A stretch of 64,000 nt of DNA from Anthoceros angustus (Eukaryota; Plantae; Anthocerotophyta). Of this stretch, positions 46,938 to 59,818 are shown one piece after another (the stretch's first letter is position 1; every line of letters starts with the position of its first letter). Below the pieces are notes generated by a model that saw only the letters and a program-made list of their open reading frames with translations, was not told the origin of the DNA and made no database searches. The DNA lies in the NCBI GenBank assembly GCA_010909165.1, contig VJWM01000173.1, positions 434,001 to 498,000 of the forward strand. The letters run 5' to 3'. A program made the translations under genes and the position numbers.

Positions 46938-49900
46938 CCCTACTAGAAATGGCCGCCTATGTTACACTTTTTGTTAAGATTTGAACCCCCCCTTGTTGCA
47001 ATTATGTTAAAATCTTGGTGTCTTGTTACACTTATTTGGCCCCTTGTTACGCTTTTGGTAACCAACCCTCCATCTTGTTACAATCACATGTTTTGTTGCA
47101 ATTTTGTTGCAGCAGTAGTGAGAGGTGGTATCCCTTTCAAAATTTCAACATATTTGCAACAACCAAAGTGTTACACCCTCTTTGTTACGCTTTGTGGCTT
47201 GGTACCGAACCTCCTTCCCATGTGGGTTTGCCATTATTGCTTTCATTCCTTTGTTTTTCCCCGCTTTATTGTTATCGTGTACGGACTATAAGTATATAAT
47301 ATGCCTTGGCTTCCTGACATTGCCCGATGTCATTACTCAAATACATATACGATGCCTTTTCAAATTAAGTATACGTACAAGTGGTATCCGTGTTGTGCAC
47401 TGCTTTGCAGCGGCCGCAAATTTCTGTGCGTTTGTTTCCACCCATTCGCAAAGGCCTTTTCACGTCACTCGTATTTCGTGCCCTTGTGGGCGTCCCGTAT
47501 AGGGTACTTGTTTTGGAAACCCTTATACCACAAGAACAACGAAGGCGTAGTTTCGCACCCTACATAACATGCGGTTCTTTGCCGCATCCACATCCAAAAT
47601 TGGCGTCCTCCCTCGGTAGCGGGATGAATCCACTGCATCCGCATCCGCGGTGTCCGTGCTCCTCGTCGCGAGGAATGAACCGCAATCTCCATCCGCGACC
47701 TCGTGCTCCCTCCTCGCTGGAGGGGTGAATTTGGGGTTGTGGTTGGCATTCTCTGTTGCCCGCCCGTTCTCGTTCGGTGAAGGCCTACTCGTCAGATGCA
47801 AAACCGTGCACCTCCCACACTTACCGATTTTGCCCTTCCTTCCTCAAGCGGTCTGCTGGTTTTCCTTCCGTCTTTGACTCCCGATTCCACCTGCTTCCGG
47901 GATTGCAAGAATGACCACATGCCATTCCATGGCCCTTGGCTGTAAGCATAAAAAAACCAGAGTGCTGCAATTTTGTGCTTACCTTCGGCCTTCTCTTTGT
48001 TTTGTTTCCGCCCACTTCCCGCCTCCAGCTATGTTTGTCCGCTCCTTGGGCCACAGCCTCGACTGTAACTCTTCCTTCCCCATACGCCTTGCGGGCATTC
48101 CCTTCCTTTCCTCTTCCGCCTCCTCCATCCTCCATAGGTTGCGTCACCTTTTGGAGCCCATGTCCATGCTCTCGGCATCGGCTCGGCCGGTATGTGTCGG
48201 GTACAAAGTTCGCACGGCTGCTCACATCTCCATCCTCTTCCGCCACCTCCTGCTCTCTTCCTCATCGTCACCATGTCGTGACGCTGCCCGTCCATTGGAG
48301 GCTGCTGGATCCCGTGATGATGTCTCATTTACATCTCGCGCCTCCATCCTCTTCCGCCTCACCGAGCAACGTTGGCACCATTGCGCACACATGTCGTCAC
48401 CCCACGGCCCCCCGCCGCCTCCATTCCCACCGCCCCGAGGCAACGTTTTGGCACCATTGCGCACACATGTCACCCACGGTCCCCCCCTGCCCTCCATTGT
48501 CCATCCCGCCCATCCTGCGCCACTACCGGCCTTGATGTCCGCTGACACGCCATTCCCTGGATGTGTACCGGCCCCATGTACAACTCACTTACACCGACGC
48601 CTCTCCCTACCATGTTCTTCGTTGCCCCGTTTTCCCGAGTCACCCATGCCCACCATGCCCCCTCACGATCATGACCATCGCTATGTCGCCACAACCACGG
48701 CCGTTCGTGGTGTCGCTGACCACCACCTCATCGCCTCGCCATAGTCGATGCCGCCTTGCCCCGCTCACACCGCCATGCTTTGCCCCACCGTAAGCGCTTT
48801 CCTTCTCTCGTCGCACCCTGTTTTGTTTTGTTACATCATTTGGTGCTCCATGGCCTACCACCGCCTTGATGTCCTGTCCTCCCATGGTTGATCGCTCACC
48901 TCGTGACGCCCCTCTCCCTACCATGTTCTTCGTTGCCCCGTTTTCCCGAGTCACCCCACCACCATGCCCCCTCTCGATCATGACCCTTTGCTATGTTACG
49001 CCACAACCACGGCCGTTCGTGGTGTCGGGACCACCACCTCGCCCTCGCCATAGTCGGCGATGTCGATCATGCCCACCCGCTGCTGTCATCGTTGCCCCAC
49101 CGTAGCGTTTCCTTCTCTCGCCGGTCGCACCCTGTTTTGTTTTGTTACATCATTTGGTGCTCCATGGCCTACCACACCTTGATGTCTGTCCTCCCATGGT
49201 GATCGTTCACCTCGTGGCGTCCCTCTCCATGTCGGGTTCCACGCCTTGTTGTCCCCCGCCATTCGTCCTTCCTTCCCGCACATTTGTGCGCGTTTTTTCT
49301 CCACCACATGCTTGTGGCTCCCCTACTGCGCCTCGAATGCCTTCCCGCCTCACATCTAGCGCCCCACTGTCCGTTTCGAAGGATTGACCCATTCCCACTA
49401 TCCTCCTCCTTGGGAAGGCCACGAGATCAGGATCCTTCTCCAACTCTATATCATTCAGCAACGCAGTCCTTTCCCGCGTTATCCTGGCAATCTCCTGCAT
49501 CTCGTGGGTTCGTGCATACTTTGCCTCCCTCACACGTCTGAGGAACTCCGGCACCGAATCGCCCCTGTCGCGGACTGCCCATAGCCCTTCCATGTTTGTC
49601 GTTCCTTCTAGCATGCCATACTCTGCCTCGTCATCTGCAGGATACGTGCCATACCGTTTGTGAAACCGCAACACCCAGCCTGTCCGACCTCCCTTTCCCC
49701 ACGGGTTTGGACCCATACCGCCATTTCTGGCTAGTCTCTCCTTCGCTGCTATTTCGTGCTTGGATGAAAACGGCCGCTCCTTTTCAGCTCGTGTCGTGCC
49801 CATGCTAAGGCATCTTCCCACTCTTCATCGTCCACCATGGAAGGTTTCCTATTCGAGGTAGTTCCCCTTTTCCTCTCTCTTCCAGAACGGCCTTCGCAAA

Positions 49901-50609
49901 GATCCACACATCGGCATTCGCGTCCGCGTCATTTGAGAGAAATGTCTACTTATGCACGACTTCAAAGACTAACGGGAAGGCTTCCGCCACACACTTGATT
50001 AACCGGCCTTCTCTCGCTTTGAACGTCCCTCCACCTTGTCAGTACCCTGTGTCGCTCACAACCTTTGTCCCGACTAGCTCCAAGATTTCTTCGTGTCTCC
50101 TTCGCTTAGCCCACCAAACAACAAATGTGCTCGCCGACGCCTTTCACAACTCATCAATTCGTTCCTCAGCCATTTCACTCCATGCTTGTGCAGAAAGCAT
50201 TCACCAAGGCCTCGTTATCAACACCATTTACGAGGGCATTCACATCTATTGTGTGCCCTTCCCTCGCCTCACGGCTGATATGACACCTCCACCGCAACAA
50301 ATTCCGCCCGCCATTCCCTTTCTAGGGCCTCTGCACCCGTCGGTCCTTCCCCGCTGTCCTCCCTCCCTCCGACCGTCCGCTGCTCGTGCTCATATTTTCC
50401 TGTGCATTCCCGCATTTCGTCCTCCTCCTCTCTTACATCCAACTCCTCCGTCAAGCGTGACGGTTGTTCTCCTCTTCCCTTGATAGTTCCCATTCCCCCT
50501 ACTTGCCATCCATCGCCTTCGCGGCACATCCAAGCATTCACACAATGCACATGGAAATGACGTTTCATCCCTGATACCGGTCTATATGTCAGACAGCGTA
50601 CAATGTGTT
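46938..50609 (-). mobile_element. Second CACTA element, 3' portion, inverted relative to the first
   Basis: TIR ccctactagaaa (CACTACTAGAAA with one mismatch) at 46938-46949; many tgttac subterminal repeats 46960-47280; ORF 49207..49821 homologous to 19059..19325. Confidence 0.75.
48590..49235. repeat. ~310 bp tandem repeat, a little over 2 copies
   Basis: cctctccctaccatgttcttcgttgccccgttttcccgagtcaccc at 48600 and 48911; tail gtcgcaccctgttttgttttgttacatcatttggtgctccatggcctacca at 48810 and 49124. Confidence 0.9.
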
Positions 50610-53600
50610 AGTTAGAAGTACAGACCGCGTTGGTTATGGTTACCTTAGCTAAACCCCATGGTCATACCTTTGGTGTCTAGCACCAAGAGGTACAACTCTT
50701 CGCATACGTGCTATAAAAGCCCACCTCTTGTAATCAATTGTATCAATTAGTAAAGCACTAAACTTTGATCAAACGCTTCCGCAAAGCACCTCAAACTTGG
50801 TATCAGAGCATAGTTTGATTACTAAGTCCATCATGCATTATGATGTGAATCTAGATGTTCTTCTAATATGCAACGTCTTTCCAATGCTTTTGGTATTTGT
50901 AATTTGAAGCTATTTTATACTTATTCATAGTTTCTTTCACATTCAACCAAACATATTTTACTAATAAAATAGTTTGGCTTCTTCTATGATTAACCTTTAT
51001 ATTCATTAAAGTTTCATGGCTCATTGCCACTCTCTCATTCTTCATCTTATTCTTTCTAGCATTCTACTCACTCTTCCTTGTACAAGACATTGTTCCTTAT
51101 TGTTTTACATAAAGTTACAACATGGCAAGAAGAAACAATCACAAGAGTATTCATGCTAAGAGAACTAGAGAATTAGAGAGGGAAAGTAGAAGAATTGTGC
51201 ACTCTCGTCGATCCTACAAACATAGTCGATTTAATTCTTCTCTTTTCAATAACCTAGGGAGCAAGATAGCCTACATGCTATCCTGCTTCTTTCTAGAAAA
51301 CAATTTGGTATCATCATCAGCAACAGGAGCTTTTAGCAATCAAAAATCAGCAAGGCCTTGGTCCACTAGTGATGATCCTGATTTGCTTCGATGTTGTGGA
51401 GATATCTCGAGTGATGAGAATCAGAAGTCCTCCTCCTATCATTCACACAACAAGGAGACCAACTCACCATTTTATTCTCCTACCACACCGATAGAGTAAT
51501 TCTTACGTCATCATTCTAATCGATCGGTCGGCATCATTCCACGGTTTACGCTAAGAAACTCTATTATCTTGCTGATGAATGAATGACAACACCCTCGGCA
51601 AACACTCAACAAGTTACTCACAAAGTACTTCATAATGCAAATTCAACTAATCACGATTGTACATGGTTACGGCGTGCGTATGGGCAGCAATGTTTTCAAA
51701 CAAGCTCCAACTTGACGACTCACTCGGCCATCTCCTACAGCCTGCAAATCATGAAACAACCTATCAACAAGTTCAAGCTGAGATTTCTGCTGCTGCAGAT
51801 TTTCTTTCTCGATTAGAAGAAATCGGCATGATTTATCTCAGGAGATCTCACCAGCTCAGCGCCTAGTGCAAATGCCCCCATATCTGCCATCGTCTCTTCA
51901 GATCAGCTGATATCAGGGGGTCCAACCACTGAAATTCAAAAGAAATCATTTGCAGATCCTAACAGCCATTCTTCTGCAAATCTCCGTCTTGAATCTCCTC
52001 AATTCTGCTGCAATCTTACTCCATATGGTGCACCCATCACCGGCGATCAGATCCCATCCAGCATGGCGGTTCCAATCTCAGAATCGACTCAGATCGAGGC
52101 CGGTACTCTTCATGTTTTCCAGGCTAATTCAGTTACTGCTTACTGTTGCAACGCTTGCAATCTTTGGGCAGTAGAGGCGCCCTTCTCCAGCGCCCCTGCT
52201 GCATCTGGCGCGACTGGAAATGGTGAAGAGGGCCCCCAGATCGATGGAGATTCAGATCAGGGGGCCCCGGGCGGTTGCGCGCGCGTGTCCCCCGCGCGCG
52301 CCCGCTCAACCTCGGCACCCGTTCGCGAACGGTGCCCTAAAAACTCTTTTTTGGCACCCGTTCGCGACGGTGCCCTAAAATATTATTTTGGCACCCGTTG
52401 CGGTGCCAGAACAGGGCGTTTGAGCGAAACGTTTGAACGTTTCGCCTTCAAGATTGGCTCTTGGGGTTGTTGGTGGGGCCCACCTGGCATCTTCTGGATC
52501 TCCTAGCATACTGCTCAGCCCTCGCTTGCAACTATTCGAGCTCGTCGCCCCTTATAGACCTCTATCGGTTGATTTTTCAATTTATTCGCTTGACAATCAA
52601 ACAAGAGCCCTTGTCGCCGCCTTCCATCGGCGACATTGCTTCGGCGTTATTTTATGAGCAGCGGTTACTCGCTCAAGAGCTATTCCATTTGGAGTGTCAT
52701 CATCTTTGGGATCATCTTCGTGACTCTACGAGTCGGTGTAGTCGGTACCCAAGATTCGACATCTTGCTACATCTATGCTCCTAGTGACCGCGGCATCGTT
52801 CACTGGGTTGTTTGATTTTTCATAACCATCATTGGCCTTCGGGATCTTTAGCAAAGTAACATTTAATTTGCTCATAGTCAAGCGTTGCTATATATATTTG
52901 AAGACTTCTTAGCTTCTTGTCATAACTTGGGGTTGGCGGTTCCAATCTCGAATCGATCGGATCGAGGCGGTACTCTTCATGTTTTCGAATTCGATTCTTC
53001 TTATTTGCGCTTGCAATCTTTGGGCGATGGGCGCCTTCTCCAGCGCCCTGCATCAGCGCGACTGGAAATGGTGAAGAGGGCCCCGGATCGATGGAGATTG
53101 ATCGAGGCCGGTGTTCTTGTGCGCGTGTCCCAGCCGCTCAACCTCGGCACCCGTTCGCGAACGGTGCCCTAAAACTCTTTTTTGGCACCCGTTCGCGGTG
53201 CCCTAAAATTTTTGGCACCCGTTGCGGTGCCGTTTGTAACGGGCGCGTTTGAGCGAAACGTTTGAAGCGTTTACGCCTTCAAGAACGAGATTGGCTCTTG
53301 GGGTTGTTGGTGGGGCCCACCTGGCATCTTCTTCTGGATCTCCTAGCATACTGCTCAGCCCTCGCTTTGAACTATTCGAGCTCGTCGCCCCTTATAGACC
53401 TCTATCGGTTGATTTTCGGCTATTCGGCTTGACAATCAAACAAGAGCCCTTGTCGCCGCCTTCCATCGGCGACATTGCTCTCGGCGTTATTTTATGAGCA
53501 AGTGGTGCTCTTTTCAAGAGCTATTCCATTTGGAGTGTCATCATCTTTGGGATCATCTTCATCGACTCTACGAGTCGGTGTAGTCGGTGCCAAGATTCGG

Positions 53601-56600
53601 CATCTTGCTCATCTATGCTCCTAGTGACATCGCCGTTCAGGTTGTTTGATTTTTCATAACCATCATTGGCCGGGATCTTTAGCAAAGTAACATTTTGTTG
53701 CTCATAGTCAAGCGTTGCTATATATATTTGAAGACTTCTTAGCTTCTTGTCATAACTTGGAGTTGGCGGTTCCAATCTCGAATCGATCGGATCGAGGCGG
53801 TACTCTTCATGTTTTCGAATTCGATTCTTCTTATTTGCGCTTGCAATCTTTGGGCGATGGGCGCCTTCTCCAGCGCCCTGCATCAGCGCGACTGGAAATG
53901 GTGAAGAGGGCCCCGGATCGATGGAGATTGATCGAGGCCGGTGTTCTTGTGCGCGTGTCCCAGCCGCTCAACCTCGGCACCCGTTCGCGAACGGTGCCCT
54001 AAAACTCTTTTTTGGCACCCGTTCGCGGTGCCCTAAAATTTTTGGCACCCGTTGCGGTGCCGTTTGTAACGGGCGCGTTTGAGCGAAACGTTTGAAGCGT
54101 TTACGCCTTCAAGAACGAGATTGGCTCTTGGGGTTGTTGGTGGGGCCCACCTGGCATCTTCTTCTGGATCTCCTAGCATACCTGTTCAGCCCTCGCTTGC
54201 AACTATTCGGAGCTCGTCGCCCCCTTATAGACCTCTATCGGTTGATTTTCGGCTATTCGGCTTGAGCAATCAAACAAGAGCCCTTGTCGCCGCGCCTTCC
54301 ATCGGCGACATTGCTCTCGGCGTTATTTTATGAGCAAGTGGTGCTCTTTCAAGAGCTATTCCATTTGGAGTGTCATCATCTTTGGGATCATCTTCATCGA
54401 CTCTACGAGTCGGTGTAGTCGGTGCCAAGATTCGGCATCTTGCTCATCTATGCTCCTAGTGACATCGCCGTTCAGGTTGTTTGACTTTTCATAATCATCC
54501 TTGGCCTTCGGGATCTTTAGCAAAGTAACATTTAATTTGCTCATAGTCAAGCGTTGCTATATATATCTGAAGACTTCTTAGCTTCTTGTCATAACTTGGA
54601 GTTGGCAGTTCTTCTATATATATATATCTATCTACTTCTATCACGATGGCCACCTCTCCAAATGTGCCACCCATTCCCATCATCAATTATATGAATGTGA
54701 CATCCGATTTTAAGAAGGACCGTTTCGATGGCACTAAGTTGAAATATGGTCCAAACGTATGCTCTCTTAAATACCAGATCTAATTGGCATAGTTGATGGA
54801 ACTGTCCTCAAGCCGCCCTCGACTCTCGACTCTTGGATCAAACAAGGCAGGCTTGCACTTCACATTCTTATTTTGGCCTTGGCGAAGTCACTACATCATC
54901 TTGATGGGGCTACTCTGCTGCGAGGCATGGCGGCATAGTAGATGGTTCTTCTTTTACCAATGATGTGATGTGCTACATGTTCCAAATGGCGAAGAATCTT
55001 ATCTCCGTCCGACACTTGGTGAAGGACGGTACTTTCGAGCTAGAGTTGCGATTGTCTCCTCACAGATCTATTGCTCCTAGTCGGCGTGGTTGCTAGAGGT
55101 CGTCCGGCGGCATGACCTCTATGTCTTCTCCGCGTGCAGTGATCACGACTTCCTCGACCCGGCTCCGCCATGGCCACTGCGGTCGAGGAGGAGTTCTAAA
55201 GGTGACTCCTATTATGGCATTCTCGGCTTGGACATATTAATCATGATAAGCTTTTAGAGATGTCTAGGCGTGATTTATTTAGGGATAAGCTACCACACTT
55301 TTCCAGACTCCTCCGTTATGTGAACCTTGTATATATGCTAAACAACGTAGCTTCCCTATCCTACTCTACACGGTCTACTCATTTAGTTGGTCCATGTTGA
55401 TCTTTGTGGTCCTCCCGGTCCCTTCACTTGGCGCATCGCACTTTATGACTCTTGTTGATGACTATAGTCGCTATACCTTTGCTATTCCGCTCAAGTTGAA
55501 GAGTGATTCCTTGACTCCTTTACTCCTTTTGTCACTATGGTGCAAACCGGTTTGCAAGCTTGCATTAGATCGACAATGCGGAGAATTAAATAAAAGCAAT
55601 TTAAGGACTTACATCTTGAGAGGGATTATCCGTCGGTTCGGTTCCCTATACTTCTCTGAGAATGGGGTTCTTGAAAAGGCCAGCGATCGCTCGCCATGGC
55701 CCGCGCCATGCTAGCCTCGACTCCCAAACCCTTACGGGCGGCGGTTAATCTGCGGCGTATCTGCAGGGGTTCTTTCCAAGTCGGTTCTGGCGGACACCCT
55801 TTGAGTCTGGCATGGATATAAGCCTCTTATTACTCATCTTGGATTTTTGTGCCCGCCTATGCTAATATTCCTTCTCGCGACAAGCTTTACCTTTCGCTTT
55901 CATGGTAGTATTTGTTGGCTATGGCGAGGACCGTAAGGCTTATAAAGCGGTTGACTTGGATACCCATGCTATTGTATATGCTCTTGTCACCTTTGATGAG
56001 GCTCGGTTAGCATCTGCTCGTTACGAGTCCATGGATTACCGGCTCCTTGACGACACGCTTCTTGACCCGGTGACCTTATGCAGGTTTTGACTCGACCCTC
56101 TGTTTCGGACTCGGTCCGCAACCTGCTCCATCCCTGGCCTCTTCACCTCAAGCGGCACCTATACCTATGTTCACCTTTCGAGAGGGGAAGATGAGCAGCC
56201 ATTGTTGATCCTTATGAAAGCGAGGCGACTTTGGTGCTCTTAATTCACAAGACCCGAGGCAGTTCTGCTCCACCTTCTCCGTAACACTTGATCCGGCGAA
56301 GGTATCCTTGCGTCACGTCAAGAGACACCTGGAATGAGATCCCTTTGATTTAGAGTTCAATCAAGTGGCTACACCACCTGCTGCGGGTCATTTCAACGCC
56401 TTTGTTGCCCTTGAGAGGAGATCCTCTCACTCTTCAAGAGCATATTCGCGACTGATGCGGCTAAGTGGAAGTTTGCTATTGATGATGAATATAATTCTCT
56501 TATCAAAAACAATACGGACTCTAGTAAACTTGCAAAAGCGAACTCTTTGTCAAATGCAAGTGGGTTCTCAAAACTAAATTCCGGAGGTTGAACCTCGTAT

Positions 56601-56884
56601 TCGCTATAAAGGCGAGACTAGTGGCTAAGGGTTATAGTCGGAAGAGGGTGGACTATCGTAGGCGATAAGGTATATTCACACCGTAGTCAAGGAGTAGAAT
56701 GCTCCACGGCTTTATGTGCCGAGCTTAATCTGGAAATTTATCAGCTTGTACTGCTTTCCTTTATGGTCATCTGCAAGAAGAGATCTATATGGATCAACCA
56801 GAAGACTATGAGGATGAGCAATACCCAAACAAGGTGTGTAAACTTATTCGTTCTATTTACGGACTAAAGCAAAGCCCACGTTTA
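50610..56884 (+). mobile_element. copia family A copy 2: 5' LTR 50610-50797, PBS 50798-50810, triplicated leader segment, gag/protease deletion, cut in RT by copia B
   Basis: Colinear with 8473-13540; gag ATG at 54646; about 0.75 kb missing near 54940 (matches about 10890-11630 of A1); homology ends at gcccacgttta. Confidence 0.93.
52064..54605. repeat. Three tandem copies of an ~830 bp unit of the copia A leader
   Basis: Units start tggcggttccaatctc near 52064, 52934 and 53764; ORFs 52885..53172 and 53715..54002 differ by one residue. Confidence 0.93.
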
Positions 56885-57996
56885 TGATGAAAATCATACA
56901 CTAGGCTCTTGAGAAAGAGATTCTTATATGACAATTGATTTAATACAAAATACAAAGCCTATTTATAGGCAAGGTGGTTAGGAGGTTAGGTGGTTACAAC
57001 CATAAGTAGTTGTAACCATCAAGTAGTTATAACTACCTAACCTAACTACCTAGAGCAACTAACTAGTAACTACTTAATGCCCTAGGTAGATAAAGATGAT
57101 TAAGTTAGGTACCCTAGTGAATAGTGCCTAACCTAATCTATTTCATTACTCCCACTCACTATGAGCGTGGGTGAGAGAACTACCATTAAAATGAGGCCTA
57201 AAATGTCAATAGACTCCCACTAAATAACAAGCTATAAGCCTAAGAAAAGTAATCAAAAACAATACGGACTCTAGTAAACTTGCTTGGCGAACTCGCATCA
57301 CGCAAGTGGGTTCTCAAAACTAAATTCCGGAGGTTGAACCTCGTATTCGCTATAAAGTGAGACTAGTGGCTAAGGGTTATAGTCGAAAGAGGGTGGACTA
57401 TCGTCAGGCGATAAGGTATATATTCACCGTAGTCAAGGCTTGTGAGAATGCTCCACGGCTTTATGTGCCGAGCTTAACTGAAATTTATCGACTTGTCTTG
57501 CTTTCCTTTATGGTCATCTGCAAGAAGAGATCTATATGGATCAACAAGACTATGAGGATGAGCAATACCCAAACAAGGTGTAAACTTATTCGTTCTATTT
57601 ACGGACTAAAGCAAAGCCACGTTTATGATGAAAATCATACACTAGGCTCTTGAGAAAGAGATTCTTATATGACAATTGATTTAATACAAAATACAAAGCC
57701 TATTTATAGGCAAGGTGGTTAGGAGGTTAGGTGGTTACAACCATAAGTAGTTGTAACCATCAAGTGATTATAACTACCTAACCACTAACTACCTAGAGCA
57801 ACTAACTAGTAACTACTTAATGCCCTAGGTAGATAAAGATGATTAAGTTAGGTACCCTAGTGAATAGTGCCTAACCCTAATCTATTTCATTACTCCCACT
57901 CACTATGAGCGTGGGTGAGAGAACTACCATTAAAATGAGGCCTAAAATGTCAATAGACTCCCACTAAATAACAAGCTATAAGCCTAAGAAAAGTAA
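56502..57996. repeat. ~745 bp tandem duplication spanning the copia A2 / copia B junction
   Basis: RT piece, LTR-B and PPT appear at 56502-57252 and again at 57252-57996. Confidence 0.92.
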
Positions 57997-58649
57997 TAAT
58001 AAAACTTAAGCTATGAAAAGAAAGCTGGAAATAAGTTTAAGAACCTAAACAAATTTTAAGAGAACTTAAACCAATTAATAAAACAAGTAATTAATGAAAA
58101 TACGGTGAGTCAGGGTACCCTCACGTTAAATCGTGGGCGGGCCAGCGATTATTGCGCCCATCTTCAATTCCATAGCGGGAGGGGCAGGAGCTCCAAACCA
58201 CCGCGGGATGGCGGGCCGCGGAGCAGCCGCCCGCGCCGAGCGCGTCCGCATCGCAGGCGCCCAGTAGCCGACGCCTGCAATTCCAGTCCAGCGCGGTGAA
58301 TGCTCAACTCGAACACGGCCATGCGCAATTCCTTCACGACATGGTGGCGTTGGGGGCGGTGTACCCTTTACATCGCCCATGGCGGTCCTTAGGCGCTCCC
58401 CGGTGTGGGAACATCGCCACGGACATCTTGCCAAAGCTCGGGGTCTTCAATCATCTTGTAGACCTCCAAGAAATGAGAGAAAGCGTTGATGGAGGAGGAA
58501 GGCCCGTGATGGGGCCTCCCATGAGTGCCAGGTCGTATCCATCAGGACCAAAATAGCTGTAAATTTTGATGCATGTTGCCTTAATGTTGTTCTTCTCCTG
58601 CGGGTAAAAGGGTGTTAAGGGACATAGCCCTTCCTCCACCGCCTCCATA

Positions 58650-59818
58650 GCGAAGTGAGGACAGAGAGAGCAAAGCAGCCACCGGATCTAGCTTCATTGT
58701 TCAAGCCTCCACCAATTGTTATGCATATCGGATTCGGAAGATGATCCAACATATGAAGATGACAAATTCCAAATTGATTCGGAGGAGATGGAGGTGTCAG
58801 TGCTGCCCACAAACTTGCAAAGTCACCAATTGTTGAGCAGCACATCGCGAGAGGAGCTGTTCAAGAAGTCCCTCATGGAGGTCGCGTGCGGTCGTCGGGA
58901 AAAATTTCTTCATCCTGAGCACGTGAAAAGCTTCAAAGTGCGCCTCAAGTAAGTAGCTCATGCGAAATTTCGATGCAACATAAAAGCTGATGACATTTCC
59001 TCGTGGTAAGGGATATGAAGAAATTCTTAAGGAAGTGAGGATTGCGGATAGGAAAAGAGTGGACCAAAATAGGGAAACGAAATAGGAGAAAAGAAAATAT
59101 GTAAGAGCGTTTAGTAAAACTAAAAACGAAAAAACTCCTACTATATTATCCTATTTATATGGTTTGGTTTATTAACCTAAAACTAAATTGTATTTCCCCC
59201 TTTTTTAGGTTTAGACAAATGTATTGGGACTGGAGGTATAAAGGTGGCAGTCTCGGTGAAGCCCAATATGGGAAAAGGAATACATATGAGATCCGGATTC
59301 TCTATTGCCTAAAGCTGATCTAGCCAAAATGTGTATTTAATATGTCACGGGATATTGAAAATCACGAAGCCCAGAGGAGTATACATGCCAACAAGCAGCA
59401 TTCATATGGTGTGGCTAGGCCTAAGCCATGTGAGGAATATGAGGGGCACACAAAACACATCTATTGTGAGTGCCCTACAATTAAGCTGCATTTAATTAGT
59501 GCAAAATCTAATTATTATAAATTATTAAAACCTGATTACTTATATGTACTAGGTTCATTTTGGAAACTCAGCGAGGAGGATAGAGAATACAATGAGGAAT
59601 ATGAGGGGCACACAAAACACATCTATTGTGAGTGCCCTAAGTGCCACAATTTGCATTTAATTAGTGCAAAATCTAATTATTATAAATTATTAAAACCTGA
59701 TTACTTATATGTACTAGGTTCATTTTGGAAACTCAGCGAGGAGGATAGAGAATACAATGAGGACTGTGTAGAGATAGAGGAAGAACTTAATGAATTGGAC
59801 AAAATACTTGACCTTTAG
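58650..59818 (+). pseudogene. Two-exon antisense gene inside the copia B 3' region, encoding an unknown Cys/His-rich protein
   Basis: Intron 59006-59208 (gtaagg...ccccttttttag, AT-rich) joins ADDISS|WFRQMYWDWRYKGG in frame. One internal TAA (58950-58952) and one frameshift near 59320. A T-run and aataaa follow the stop. Confidence 0.65.
59431..59762. repeat. In-frame 162 bp tandem duplication in the antisense ORF
   Basis: EEYEGHTKHIYCECP...LSEEDREYN occurs twice in ORF 59342..59818. Confidence 0.92.

Noticed and set aside
53521-53883. Antisense ORF in the copia A leader
   Set aside because: Its start is created by the tandem-unit junction, and the sense frame looks more protein-like.
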